Source: Camelus dromedarius (Eukaryota). From it: a DNA stretch of 64,000 nucleotides. The stretch is from NCBI RefSeq assembly GCF_036321535.1, contig NC_087436.1, positions 111,912,001-111,976,000 on the forward strand, written 5' to 3'. Each line of letters starts with the position of its first letter. Position 1 is the first letter of the stretch. Under the pieces are notes generated by a model. The model had not been told where the DNA came from. It saw only the letters and a list, made by a program, of their open reading frames with translations, and searched no databases. Position numbers and translations under genes: made by a program. Of the stretch, positions 11,686 to 24,035 are shown in pieces.

Positions 11686-12280
11686 TTTTTTTTTTTTTTT
11701 TTTAATTGAAGTATAGTCGATTTACAATGTGTTAATTTTTGGTGTGCAGCGTAGTGATTCATTTATACGTATATATATTCCTTTTCATATTCTTTTTCAT
11801 TATAGGCTATTACAAGGTATTGAATATAGTTCTCTGTGCTGAACAGCAGGACCTTGCTGTTTATCTAGTCTATGTCTAGTAGTTAGTATCTACAAATTCC
11901 AAGCTCCCAATTTATCCCTCCTCATCCCCTTTTCCCCCTGGTAACCATATGTTTGTTTTCTATGTCTGTGAGTTTGTCTGTATTCTGTAAATAAGTTCAT
12001 TTGTGTCTTTTTTTTTTTTTAAAGATTCCACAAAGAAGTGGTATCATATGGTATTTTTCTTTCTTTTTCTGGCTTACTTCACTTAGTATGACAATCTCCA
12101 GGTACATCCATGTTGCTGCAAATGGCATTATTTTATTCTTTTTTATGGCTGAGTAGTATTCCATTGTACATATACACCACAACTTCTTTATCCAGTCACC
12201 TGTCGATGAACATTTAGGTTGCTTCCATGTCTTAGCAATTGTAAATAGTGCCGCTGTGAACATTGGGGTGTACGTATCTT
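11686..12280 (-). mobile_element. Young lineage-specific L1, 5'-truncated (ORF2 C-terminus + 3' UTR + poly-A)
   Basis: T18 tail at 11686-11703, then aattgaagtatagtcgatttacaatgtg (cetartiodactyl L1 3' end). ORF 11997-12263 translates to FTIAKTWKQPKC...MEYYSAIKKNKIMPFAATWMYLEIVILSEVSQ, the L1 ORF2p C-terminus. Confidence 0.95.
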
Positions 12281-13230
12281 AAAGAGCCAGTGTGAACTTG
12301 CCTCCAGTGGTCAATAGATTCCCCTGCATCTGCTTAGGGATGTTTACTCCTAACCCACCATTAACAGTAACATGACATGATGCAGTTTTCTCCCTTGGAC
12401 CTTTAAACCACAGACCACATTCCATTTGCTTTGAACATTTAACACAACATCAAGTCTGAAGTTAAAGGAATACAGGTGGAGAAAACATTAGGCTCACAGG
12501 TCAGGTAAAGGAGATGTTTTCAGGGGTTCTGAAGAGTATGCTAACGTCGTGAAGAAACTCAGATCAGGGAAGGAGCACTTTGAACCACTGTCTTAAGAAG
12601 TCATTGCCAAAAAGATTCAAGGTGAGGAAAGGCAGGAGGAATATTTTCTTGAATGCAAGGAGTCGATCTGTTTGATTTCTTAAAAATGAAAAACTTCTGT
12701 GCCTTGAGGACATATCCCAATTACACCATAAAAAAGCAGAACTAGAAAGAAAATACTTATGAGAAAAGTAAAAGAGAAATTCTTAATATCTTTACTGTAG
12801 AAAGAGCCATGTGGGAGCCACAAGAGTTTTGTGAAGTAAACTTTTAAGTCTCTTTCCCAAATGTGGAACTGCAGAAATAGAAATAAAGCTTGAGTAAAAG
12901 AATGTCCTTTTGGTGAAAGAATGTCGTTGGCCAAAGAATTGGAAATGAGGCACCCAGGGAAATGGAGGAGTGAGGGATTTAGTTTTAAACTCTACTCCTG
13001 TTGCTAGCTGACCCACAATGAATTGCTCCTAATAGGGGAGGCAAACACTTTGGGTTTTGAAGAAATAAAAAAAGTTTTTTTTTAATTTTTGGTAGGAAAG
13101 TTTATGCTATTTGATAATGCCTTCTATAATGTATAGGATGAGAGTGTCCTATAGTTTTTAGTACTTGGCATTCACTTTTTAACTAGTGATATATATATGT
13201 TTAACATATGAGAATCTGTTGAAGGGATCC

Positions 13231-13345
13231 ATTCATTCATTCACTCATTTGTCAACTGTTTCGTGAACCAGACTCTCTGCTAGTCTCTGAGGACTCAACA
13301 ACAAAGAAGGAAGACATGCTTCCTGCCCTTAAGAAGCATACATAT
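13231..13345 (-). mobile_element. L2 3' end
   Basis: attcattcattcactcatt...aagacatgcttcctgcccttaagaagcataca. Confidence 0.7.
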
Positions 13346-13369
13346 AAAAAATTCATTCTTAGGGAATAA

Positions 13370-14050
13370 TCCAGTGTGTGGAAAATGCTAAATTCAGGAA
13401 GATACTTATTACAGCTTTTTTTTTTAAAATTGATTTTTAATTGAGTTAATTTCTAAATTTAAGTGTAGTCAATTTGCAATGTTGTGTTAGTTTCTCGTGT
13501 ACGGCATAGTGATTCAAATATACATAGAATATATATTACTTTTCATATTCTTTTTCATCACAGGCCATTACAAGGTATTGAATATAGTTCCTTGTGCTAT
13601 ACAGTAGGACCTTGTTTATCTATTTTATATATAGTAGTTAGTATCTGCAAATCCCAGTCTCCCAATTTATCCCTCCCTGTCCCTTTTTCCCCCGGTAACC
13701 GTAAGTTTGTTTTCTATGCCTGTGAGTCTCTTTCTATTACAGCATTATTTTTAGTGCTAAAATTGCAAATAACGTTGCTGTTTAAAAACTAAGGAAATGA
13801 TTACTTATAATAAATTTACTGGCTGTAGATATTGAACATGGTGTTTGTGAGAAAAGTGTTTATGCTATATTAAGTGAACTCTGCAGAGTACAGATTTGTA
13901 TATACTGAACAGTTGCCAATATGCTAACAATGAGGAAAGGGAAAAGCACAGCAAGGGAAAAAAATAATAATGGTTGTGTGATGAGATGATAGTGGACTTT
14001 CTTTTTCGATTTGCAATATTTCCTTTCTGTTGAAGTATGATGATTAACAG
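13370..14050 (+). mobile_element. Old L1 (L1ME-like) 3' end, interrupted by the young L1 at 13416-13734
   Basis: gaagatacttattacagc|attatttttagtgctaaaattg rejoins as L1 sequence once the insert is removed; tatgctatattaagtgaa. Confidence 0.55.
13416..13734 (-). mobile_element. Young lineage-specific L1 3' UTR fragment with 9-bp TSD
   Basis: Same family as 11686-12280 (tcttttt catcacaggccattacaaggtattgaatatagttccttgtgctatacagtaggacc); TSD tattacagc at 13407-13415 and 13735-13743. Confidence 0.9.
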
Positions 14051-14059
14051 TTTCCCTTT

Positions 14060-14225
14060 GCAATAAGCCTACTCTGCTAGGTCTTCATAAGCTTTCTATA
14101 CACTCGCTCATTTAATCCTCACAATAGCTACATTACTGGTGAGGGAACTGGGGCTCTGAGAGTTGAGAACTTATATTCCAACCCGGGAACTCCAGTTGCA
14201 GACCCTGACCTCTTAACTCTATGCC
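14060..14225 (-). mobile_element. MIR SINE
   Basis: ctcatttaatcctcacaatagc...gagggaactggggctctgagagttgagaact. Confidence 0.75.
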
Positions 14226-16656
14226 CAGCTGTTCTTTCAGAAAGAGAAACTGGTCGGGCTTTAAAAATAGGAATCCAAGCAGTGGTCTCCGGAGCTCAAG
14301 CTCTGTCTACATCTACATTGATAAGATGGAGATCTTAACAATATCTGCTGTCCAAAGGCTGCTGTGGAAAGTATCAAACACGATGATGTTTGTGAACATT
14401 TAAAAAATAATTTAATTTCCATTCCAAAGTCTGTTATGGTGCATGTTCAAAATATTTTGGGTGCCTTATTCAGTGTGTGTATTAAATAATTTTAAGCATG
14501 CTTTTGTTGAGGGATACCAATGTAAGTCAGCTAGTTTATATATTTTAAATAACATTAGAACATTTTTTTTAACTGATGAAAAATTGTACTGGATAAGGTC
14601 TATTTTGAAAATAAGTTTCTTCTGCTGGGTTGAGCTCCTCTTTGCTCTTTCTCTCATTCTCTCTCTGATTTTCTTGCTTTCACCCACTGTGTGATTTTCT
14701 TGACTTTTTCCCTTCAATGAACAAGTCCCTCCAAGGTCAAGAAACCACTATAATTTGCACTTTGGAGGTATTTGGCAGCCAAAGGTTTAAATTCCCAACC
14801 AGCAATTGGGATTCTGGGCTTAGATGGCTTTATTATGCTTTATATCTGTTGACTATGAGTTAAAAATAATACATGGAGTAGAATTACAAAGGTGACTCTT
14901 AAAAAGTGTGTGGAAGGATTATAACCTTAAAATGTGTGCACCAAAGTCATGAAAATAGATGAGTTCCCCAAGAAGTACACACCAACACCCCCTTTATAGG
15001 CTTCTGGAATGAATAGATGAATTCCATTGGGTCTTGATGGCCTCTTGGAGAAAATGGGGGAAGAGCTTTGTGCTAAGAGTTGATGGTGTTTTAGGTTGCA
15101 CTGTCATATGCAGCTGACATTTAATTTGAAAGTGGTCCGTTGGAAATGTCATCTGGTTTTCATTTGTCGGGGCCCACTTGAAAACAGGAGGTTGGACTCT
15201 GTGACCTCCCACCTCTGAAGTTTTTGAGGTTGTTTGATTCTGAGATCAATGTAAAGCTGATTTTTCCAACATAACAACAGATATTTGTGTAGGGCTTCAG
15301 AGTCAGCACTACATTTTTCACACACTCCAACTTGTCTTCAGGAAGCGTAAAGGGAGAAAAAAAAAGCCCTCATTCAATCTAGGGGAGAATACATGATACA
15401 CAAACTGGCTGGTATTTTTCTAGGTGCTGTTTGCAGTCAGAATGGAAAGTAACATTCTTGCTCAAAGGTAACTCCTTGAGAATTAGAATCTTACTCACAG
15501 GCAATGTCTTCTAAAGGATTATCAAACACCTGTTAAGTAGGTGCACACAGGATGCAAAATGCCATTGAAATAGTCATTTTACCAGGTGGGAGAATGTGAG
15601 TAAATCATGTCATCATCTAATTTAAATATTTGGTTTACCTGCCTCATATTTCAGGAAAAATACTGATTTTTCTGGGATATTGTGAATCCACTCACATTTC
15701 CGACGTTCTAAAATAGACCTCAGTAGGCTGGTTGTGTTAGATGTGCTTTCCCTGGAAATGCAGGGCTGTTCAGAAATGTCAAGACCAGCTATGGTTATGC
15801 CTGCCCTGAATTTTAAAAATGTAATAACGGAATCTTTTTCTCTGGGGGCTAAGAAAAAAAAGTGGTATTCTGTAATTTTCCTTAGGGACTTAGGTAGATA
15901 AGACCAAGCATATGTAGTGTATCCAATCAAGACACAGTTTCACAGGTTATGAGTTTGCATGACTTGCCATCTATCTCATGGAACCTGGGTTGGAGTGTGC
16001 ATGCAGACATGGGGGACACTGCTGAGCCCAAGCAAATACCCCTGAGTACTCTTCACTGAGGCTGTATTACTGGCAGTGGGTCCTTCCTTGTCAGGTCTTC
16101 TAGGGGTCAGGTTAGGGAGCCGAGAGCTGAAACTGGGGCATCCCCCACTTGCTTCTGGTAGAAGAGAAGGAGACCTCTTGATCCATTCTCAGACAAGAAG
16201 AATGGACATATTAAAAGCTCTTATTTTCTTCTGTGTGTGTTCTGTCTGTATCAAGTGCTATAGCACATTTGATAGTCTTTGTGAGCTGGGCATCTTTGCC
16301 TGAGACCGAGGTCAGAGTTCATGTTCTAACCACCGTTCTGTCCTCTCACTAACATAATCCCAAACCACCTCCATGCTGTAGGTGTGCTACTAAAGTCCCA
16401 GGACAGTTGGGGGCCTTCCCTCTGTGAGTTTTCCTCTCTTATAGTTTCCTAGATGAATATTCAGTGGCTGGGAAAGATGAAATAGAAAGTACATTTTTGC
16501 ATCAATTTGTAATCAGGCTCCTTCATAAAAGAGTGTGAGGTGTATATATATTTACATAGCTGTGATCATAGTACATATATGAACTTAGGCTACATTTTGT
16601 CACTGAAAGTCATTGGACCTAATGGGTATGGTACTTGACTGACTTCACCATTATTG

Positions 16657-16820
16657 GCTGATGAGTGATGAGCTTGGAGCAAGTACTCAGCTTTTTAAAT
16701 CCTTAACTCCTCAACTGTGAAGTGATTATAATATTTCTTTTCTGATAGGATTGTTGGAAGGATAAAAAGAGATGATGATTTTGCAAGTGCTTTATAAACT
16801 GAAGAGGCTATAGAAACAGA
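16657..16820 (+). mobile_element. MIR (MIRc-like) fragment
   Basis: gataggattgttggaaggataaaaagagatgatg...aagtgctttataaactgaagaggctatagaaa. Confidence 0.65.
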
Positions 16821-16821
16821 A

Positions 16822-17027
16822 GATATATTGCAAATACACTACTACTGTATATAAAATAAACAACAAGGTCCTACTATATAGCACAGGAAACTATATTCAA
16901 TATCTTGTAGTAACCTATAATGAAAAAGAATATGAAAACGAATATATGTATGACTGAAACATTATGCTGTACATCAGAAATTGACACATTGTACATTGAC
17001 TATACTTCAATTAAAAAAAAAAAAGAA
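16822..17027 (+). mobile_element. Young lineage-specific L1 3' UTR with poly-A and about 10-bp TSD
   Basis: aacaacaaggtcctactatatagcacaggaaactatattcaatatcttgtag...gactatacttcaattaaaaaaaa; TSD agaaacagaa at 16812-16821 and 17028-17037. Confidence 0.9.
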
Positions 17028-17194
17028 AGAAACAGAAAGTATTTAATACACCAGGATTTGGAAGACCATTGAGGTCCCTTTCAACCCAAAGAGTTAGTGA
17101 GCTCCATGCAAAGGTTGGCCACTTTCAAAAGTGTGTGTATGTGTGTGTGTGCATCTACTATTAATGGACCTGTTCATATAGAGCTGGATTCAGA

Positions 17195-17500
17195 CAGAGA
17201 GTTTTCCTCATCTACAAATCAAGGGTGGTATTTTCTTCATAGTTTAAGAAAGTGGATGTAAAATTCACAGCACAGAGTCTGGAGCATAGTTAACTATCAA
17301 AAATAGTATATTTTTCAGTTCAAAGTTTCTTATAAAGAACGTAGGCTGGATTCATTTCAAAGGGAAAATCACTTAATCTTCTCAGCCTTACTTTCTTTTC
17401 ATATGTGATGGAGATCATTCCCAACATGTGAAGGTGTAGTTAGGTTCCATGTAAGCGTGTCTATCAAGTGTCTGGAACAGAAGAAGCTCAGGAAAACTTG
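17195..17500 (+). mobile_element. Two adjacent MIR fragments (about 17195-17312 and 17362-17500)
   Basis: gttttcctcatctacaaatc...agcacagagtctggagcatagttaactatcaa; aatcacttaatcttctcagccttactttc. Confidence 0.6.
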
Positions 17501-18135
17501 TGGTTCTCCTCTCCGTCCTTCCACACCCCTTGTTAGTCCAGTGTTTTTGAGCCCTGCCTGCAGGACGCACTTGGGAAAGCTCCTCTATGATCTTGTGGGT
17601 CTTTCTCACTGACACAGTGCAATTCCAACTCCTCACTGATCCCAGGGAAGGAGGCTCAAAACACAAAGGCAAATGGAGCCTTCTGGGACTAAGTCACCGA
17701 TATGGCCATGCCTGTCAGACAGTTAGGGTAAGTTCTTCCAAAATGCACGAACTACATTTTTGCTTTTTCCTCTTCACTCAGTGCATGGACGACTGAATCA
17801 TTTCTTGGCATTAATAGCAAACAGATGACTGTCCTCAACACTGGAAGTCACTAGCTTTGCCAGGCAGGGGAAGGGTTGAGGCGAGTTGGTGACCTCAGTG
17901 TGTTCTCTAGAGGGTGACAGTCCGCTCTGGGTGTCCTATAAATCTTTGCCCAGAAGCGCGCTAACATCCCAACAGTACTTCCTAAATCATGGTGCAGAGC
18001 TCAGAGCTCAGAGCTGTAGGTTTCACAGACGGGTCTCTTGTGTCTTTATAGGCCAAAAGGGAACCACAGAAGTGCTTGTGAAATCAAGTTTAGAAGTTGC
18101 TTTTCCAGATGGGGAGCCACAGAAATGTCAATACA

Positions 18136-18191
18136 GCTGTGGTCACAGGCCAAGGGATTCAAGGCTGTGGTCACAGGCCAAGGGATTCAAG
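18136..18191. repeat. Perfect 28-bp tandem duplication
   Basis: gctgtggtcacaggccaagggattcaag at 18136-18163 and 18164-18191, identical. Confidence 0.97.
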
Positions 18192-18639
18192 GCAGGGGCT
18201 TGGATGAAGGAAAGGCAGCTTAATCTGATTCTCTGTTGCTTGCTGATTTCCATTCCTAATTCCCCCTTGTTAGGGAGGAGGTCACCCTTTTCCAGCACAG
18301 GAGCTGGAATGTGCCTTTCAATGAAAAGTTTAATTCCTATATTTTATGTCAGAAAAAGTCCATGTTGTGTGAGAGACTCAAGAAGGTGCCTAGAAACCTG
18401 AACTATTTCTATAAACAAGGCTTTGATTTTCCTTAAATGCAAATAGACTCAAGCTTCCTTTACTGCACAAAGTCTTATTTTGTATCTTCTCTGTGTCCAA
18501 GCATAAAGTCTCATCTCTGCCTTGAGAGATTGCTCAGTCCCCTGCACAACTCTTCTGCTTTATAGAATTCACTGAATGTGCATCACATGCCTTCCATGTA
18601 TGAGCTAGATTGCTATGTGCTAGGAGGTTTGAATGTGAA

Positions 18640-19111
18640 GGACTCATTCCTGCCTAACACACCATTCCAAAGCTTAGTGGCTTGAAACAACTGCCATTTT
18701 ATTTGTTCAGAATCCTGTGCCTTGATGACTTGGATTGCACAGAGCTGGGTGGTCCTTTTGCTGTTCTCTCCTGGGATCACTGATGTGACTGCAGTCTTCT
18801 GGCAACTCCTCTGGGGCTAGATGGTCACAGGTGGCCTCATGTACACATCTGGCAGTTGGTATTGTGTGTTGGCAGGGCCACATGCTTTCAGCTGGCTAAC
18901 CCGTGCCTTTTCATAGGGAGGCGGCATTCCAAGAAAGCAATCTCAGTGTCCAATTGATTGTCCAGTCTGTACTCTCATCCTGTTTACTAATGTTCTATGG
19001 ACCAAAGCATGCCATGGAGTCAAGCCTGGGTTCAACATGGGAGGAGACTATGCAAGACATGTATCCAGGAAGCGTTATTCATTGGGGGCCATCACTTACC
19101 AACAAACCACA
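18640..19111 (-). mobile_element. MaLR solo LTR (MLT1H-like)
   Basis: caccattccaaagcttagtggcttgaaacaac...gggaggagactatgcaagacatgtatccaggaagcgttattcattgggggccatc...accaca. Confidence 0.85.
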
Positions 19112-19114
19112 GGC

Positions 19115-19295
19115 CCTGACCTCCTGTGTGCTCAGTATAGGGCTTGATGCTTCACATATGCTATTTATCAAACCTGTATGATATTTCTTGGATGTAGATA
19201 TTATGATTCCAAATTTTCTGAGGTTAGTTACATTACCTAAATTCATGCAGAATTTAAGTGGCCAGATTTTAACACTGAATTGAATAATTCCACAG
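19115..19295 (-). mobile_element. MIR SINE
   Basis: gatgcttcacatatgctattt...gatgtagatattatgattcc...gaggttagttacattacctaaattcatgcag. Confidence 0.6.
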
Positions 19296-19499
19296 AACTA
19301 GGATTGACACAGGCTTGGACTAGCAATGATTTCAGAAACAAAAGATGGTATGTGTCAGGCAGGTAATGGTTGTTTAGCAGCTTAATGTGTGTAAAAGGTT
19401 AATCAACCGTAAGAGCTAATAATTCAGGAATGTCTACAGTGAGTTCTAGAGATTTTAATTGGGACCTTCCTAGAAAATAGAAAGCATCAAACTTTGGTG

Positions 19500-19670
19500 A
19501 TGAGCTAAGTTCAGAATCTGATAATCCCATGTCTAGTATGTGATTATTTAAATTTTAGGAGCCTTGGTCATCTTTTTCACAAAATTCTGTTCTAAGGATT
19601 AAATGAGCCCATTTATGTAAAATTCTGAGCACAGGATTGGTACCTAGATGGAACACAGTAAATGGGAGGC
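19500..19670 (+). mobile_element. MIR SINE
   Basis: tgttctaaggattaaatgagcccatttatgtaaaattctgagcacaggattggtacctag. Confidence 0.7.
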
Positions 19671-20239
19671 ATGGATGGTTTGAGTGGGAAATGGCAGAGA
19701 AGAAAGGAGAGGGTATTGTAGGCAAGGAGAGCCATGCTGGGAGGGGGAGGAGCTCTGATGGCAGGGATGACTTTGGCCTCTGTGTGAGTGATGAGAACTG
19801 CCCGTTTCTAGAAGTGAGCAACAGAAAGTAACAGTAGGTAGGTAAGACAGAGCTCAAGTTTGGGGGGGTCTTCATGTCCGGGCAGAGGAGGTAAATTTGC
19901 CAAGTTGGGAAACAGGGACCTGTGGATAGCCTGGAGACCTGGGAGTAACTAAGGCATGCATGTGATTTCAAACTCAGCCATGCTCAGAGTTGGAGGGCCC
20001 CCTCCTGTACAAGTTCATCCTCCCAGGCAAGCTTTTTAATAAGTTCAGATGAGTTTTTGATTTGAGTCCCATAAACACAATAATTTGAATTTCTTCAGAT
20101 GTTGAGAGCAAGACCAATAGCAGAAAGAGAATCCATTGCTCTCTTTGTTAATGACCTTGGTTCCCACCATGGGCACAATGATTCATATAGTCACTGTCAT
20201 TGCAAAACACAGGTTCTTTTCTATTGACTGGATCTCACT

Positions 20240-20428
20240 GTGATGCATTGGAACAGACTCATAAGAGCCTACTGTACACATTTCTTCCTTTTCTGTGTTC
20301 AGTGTTGTTAGTTCAAATCATCCTTAGTGGAAATATTTACACCACAGAAATTGGCAAATACTACAAGTCAGGGCCCTCTACTCCACCATCCCAAAGTTCT
20401 GGTTGTTAAATGTTACCCCCACATCACT
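20240..20428 (+). mobile_element. MER63-like hAT MITE (second copy)
   Basis: gtggaaatatttacaccacagaaattggcaaatactacaagtcagggc...ggttgttaaatgttacccccacatcact; visibly homologous to 5970-6020. Confidence 0.75.
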
Positions 20429-20539
20429 ATGCACAGCTAATTTAAGCATGAAGTTGAGGAGGACCGATACCTGTAGCTGTGAGGAGAATCCTACCTCTGA
20501 AAAATGGGTGTATCTTTGAGTCACCTAGGAACAAACTTA

Positions 20540-21222
20540 CACAGACAGCTGAAATGACGGAGACTGACAGAATCAAATGTTGTTGAGAATGTAGACTAAT
20601 TAGAACTTTCATATATTGATGATGGGAGTATAAAATGGTACAACCACTTTGGAAAACTCTTTGGCAGCTCCTTATAAAGTGAAACTTACACCAACCCCTG
20701 TGATCTGGCAATTTGATTCCTAGGTATTTACCCAAGAGAAATAAAAACTTATATCCACAGAAGGACTTGTACACAGATGTTTATAGCAGCTTTAGAAAAA
20801 AATAATGGCCAGAAAGCGTGGCAGGAAGAGGGTTGAACAATTTGGGTTTGTCCATATAATGGAACACTACTCAGCAATAAAAAAGAGGGAACCATGATAT
20901 GTGTAACAGCATTAAAGGATCTTAAAATGTTATGTTATGTGAAAGAAGCCAGAACAAAACCGTATATAGTGATAATCCCATTTATATGAACTTCAAGAAT
21001 ACAGGAGCCTATCTATGGAAATTGACCAGAACACTGGCTACTTTTGGGGTGGGAGTAGGATTGGCTAATAAGGAGTCTAAGGAAATTTTCTAGGGCGATA
21101 TAAGGGTCCACATTTTGATAAGGATGGTGGTTACATAGGTATCAATAATTTTTAAATCTCAGATTGTAAACTTGAGATCTACATATTTCATGGTATATAA
21201 ATGTGAGCTTGATTGTGAAAAA
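20540..21222 (+). mobile_element. Old L1 (L1MD/L1ME-like) ORF2 end and 3' UTR
   Basis: gatgggagtataaaatggtacaaccactttggaaaac...ttcctaggtatttacccaagagaaataaaaacttatatccaca...atggaacactactcagcaataaaaa...gtgaaagaagccaga. Confidence 0.9.
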
Positions 21223-21279
21223 TCAGGGCCCATGTTCTTGAATGTAGGCGATGCCTGAAATGAACTCTTCCTTCATTGC

Positions 21280-21412
21280 TTTGGTGGTATGGGAACCAAG
21301 CCACCGGAGTGAAGGTTTAAATTCCATCTTCCCTGTGTACCATCTCTGTGGTTTTGGGAGTTACTTAGCCTCTCTGAATTTCGGCTTCCTTTTCTGAAAT
21401 ACAGGGAGGGTA
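21280..21412 (+). mobile_element. MIR fragment
   Basis: gagttacttagcctctctgaatttcggcttccttttctgaaatacaggga. Confidence 0.7.
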
Positions 21413-21414
21413 TA

Positions 21415-21560
21415 TTTGTTTATTCCTTCAATCAATGATCCCAGGTGCCACTCACCATGTAGATGTTGGGAATAGGCTAGTAGACAAGACAGACCTTTCC
21501 TTCCCTCAGGGATCCTACCATCTAAAGCTGGTGCCTGTAGGGGTTGAGACAACAGTGAGC
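21415..21560 (-). mobile_element. L2 3' end
   Basis: ttattccttcaatcaatg...gacaagacagacctttccttccctcagggatcctaccatcta. Confidence 0.65.
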
Positions 21561-21579
21561 TGATGGAATTCTGTCACCA

Positions 21580-21779
21580 ACTGCAGAACATATGCCCTGT
21601 GTAAAGGGAGCAACCCCTGCTCTTCTCTGATTAAACCATGTCATGTCGGCTTGATGGCCCAGTTGTGCCAACTCTGATTTTTCAAGAGAATCTGGAAATC
21701 TTGGTTGTGAAAGTTTGCCATTTCATTAACTTTTTCCCAGAATACATTACAGGCTAAACACTTAGGTTGGTGACCTCTT
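21580..21779. mobile_element. MER102-like hAT-Charlie MITE
   Basis: ggcccagttgtgccaactctgatttttcaagagaatctggaaatc...gtgaaa...gttggtgacctct; opposite orientation to the copy at 46925-47620. Confidence 0.65.
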
Positions 21780-22789
21780 GCAAAGTTTACTCATTCAAGC
21801 AAGATTTATTTATAAGTCCCAATGTGGGATTTATAAACCAATTGGGGTTTATCTGATCTGGTCTTTTATCACCTTTTCAGTTTTCTTATCAGGAAAACAG
21901 GAATATTCAAATCAAGTTGTGCAGTTGCTCAGTAGATAAGTTTTCCTCACCCCCTCAACTTACAGGATTTTTCTGAATTCCTTCAATGGTCTTGCAATTT
22001 TGTTTTCTTGGGATGTGAGCGGTTCTCAACTTCACTCCCACCCAACTCCTATGTCATTTATGTCCCTTTTTGTCAGTAGTGCTGGTGGCACTTACAGAGG
22101 TCCCTCATGGATATATCATGAAGATTGAAGTAGGCTGGGTTTCATTTCTGTCCTCCCACACACAACTCATTTGGCACCACACCTGTTGTATGATATTACA
22201 CATTATCCATCACTTAACGTAAAATAAAATGTCTTGTATAGTATTGAAGAGTAAGTGCAATAATATGAAACAGCCTGTACACTTAAAAAATATTATCACC
22301 AAGTTATGTAAATTCACATCTCTATAAACAACCTTTTTAAAGTAATTTTGAAAAAATAAATACTCTGGTTTACTGAAAAAAAAAAAAAAAAAACCAAACC
22401 TCAATCTGGGCAATAACTTTTCTGAGAGCATGATAGGTAGATTGTTAAAAATACTGCTCAAAAATTAAAAACCAGCTACTTATTTCTATTTTAATCAATT
22501 TCAAGTTATAGGGTACATGCTCTTGTTTCACTATGAGTTTTGAGGTTACACAGTAAAAGTAGGGTTAGTGCCAATATGCTTAGCAAAAACCCCAAATCAT
22601 AAACATTTTCTTTAAAGAAAGTTATAGCTTAAAAACTAGTTTTCAATCTAGTTAAAGGAATGCAACCTGAGTTCCTTTACATTTCAGCGTCAATATAAGA
22701 TGTCAGAATGCAATGCTGTCGGATAAGAATAACTAAGATATTCTTTTTCCCTATAATTTCATAAGTATTATCCTCCCCCTTTTCCCCTA

Positions 22790-22985
22790 TTAGTCAAATT
22801 CCAGCTACCCTGGCTCTCCTAATTATAAGTGATCTCACACAAGTTATTCAACCTCTCACTGTACTAGCTTTCTTTCTGTAAAATGGTGGTAATAGTGATA
22901 CCTCTGTCTTGGGGTCATGAAGAATTTCCACCTTACCTGGAACACACCAAGCATTTAATAAAGTATTAATAGCTGTCATTATCTT
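22790..22985 (+). mobile_element. MIR SINE
   Basis: caaattccagct...caagttattcaacctctc...tctgtaaaatggtggtaatagtgatacct. Confidence 0.75.
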
Positions 22986-22995
22986 TATTCTCCTT

Positions 22996-23453
22996 TGATC
23001 AGTTAGGATTAGGTCAACTGTGAGTGACAGAATAATACCCCAAATCATAGTGCTTTAAACAAGTTGGAAGTTTAGTTATTGTTCACATGAATGGAGGCAA
23101 TCCAGGGCTGGTTTAGATGCAGCAGGACCAGTGAGGACAAAGGCTTCTTCCCGAGTGCTGGCAGCCTCAACACGTGGGCCCACTCCATCCAAGATGGCAG
23201 CTCTGGTCCTGCCTGTAGGAGCTTGCAGAAAGGAAGGCGAAAGGGAAGGCGTGCCCTCTTCCTCCAATGCCATCTCCTAGTAGTGCGCATGGTAACTTAA
23301 CTGACATCCCATTGGCTACATGGTCACACTAAGTTGCAGATGAGACTAGAACATATAGAAAATTTTTTTTCTCCAGGCAGTCATGTGTTTACTGAAAATC
23401 AAGGGTCCAGTTACTAAGAAAGAAGCGACAATTAGCACCTTTGCTCTGTCACA
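22996..23453 (-). mobile_element. MaLR solo LTR (MLT1J-like)
   Basis: tcagttaggattaggtcaactgtgagtgacaga...gtgctttaaacaag...tccagggctgg...caagatggcagct...catcccattggct...aaaatcaagggtccagttactaag...gtcaca. Confidence 0.85.
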
Positions 23454-23509
23454 TTCTTTATAGCATAAACCACATTCTTTCGTAAAGTTGTCCTCAGCTA
23501 CTTGGATTC

Positions 23510-23870
23510 CTCAGTTGTTTCTTTCATCTTAGAACCTCAGGAATGCACCGTCCTGAATCTGACTTTATCACTATCACCATCACTGTCCCAGGATTCTTGG
23601 AGCAGCCACCAGTGGGGCTTCTGCTTCTGCTTCCACTAATTTCCCCACACAATAGCCAGAGTGAGTTTTTTGAAAATGTAGGTCAGATCATGTCTCTTTT
23701 CTCTTCAGTAACTTCCAGTGGCTTCTTATAGTACTGAGAAGAAAAATCACAAATCTTCACTGTGCTCTGAGGTCTGTATGACCTGGCGCCCCTCTTTCTC
23801 TGACTCTATTTCCCTCCCTCTCACTGTATGCCAGCCACACCAGCCTCCTCCCTGCTCTTTCTACACCAAA
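23510..23870 (+). mobile_element. L2 LINE fragment
   Basis: cacaatagccagagtgagttttttgaaaatgtaggtcagatcatgtc...ttccagtggctt...ccagccacaccagcctcct. Confidence 0.85.
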
Positions 23871-23889
23871 GGAAGGTGCAGTCTTTCCT

Positions 23890-24035
23890 TACGGTTTGTG
23901 CGCTCAAAACAGAAAAACAGGCTCAGAGAGGCTAAGCTGCCCAAAGTCACGCAGCTTAGAAGTAATGGAGCCAGGATCCAAAACCAGGTCAGTCTGCCTA
24001 CAAGTTCTGTGTCTTTTGATTCAACTCCATTGCAT
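23890..24035 (-). mobile_element. MIR fragment
   Basis: aaaacaggctcagagaggctaagctgcccaaagtcacgcagcttagaagtaatggagccaggatccaaaaccaggtcagtctg. Confidence 0.85.

Noticed and set aside
11997..12263. 88-aa ORF as a host gene
   Set aside because: It is the C-terminus of L1 ORF2p in a 5'-truncated insertion.
11670..12290. TSD for the L1 at 11686-12280
   Set aside because: tgtacagtctt versus tgtacgtatctt is only a loose match, and the right copy also matches L1 sequence itself.
17886..18401. 171-aa ORF
   Set aside because: No recognisable homology and a TTG start; its internal repeat reflects the 28-bp duplication.
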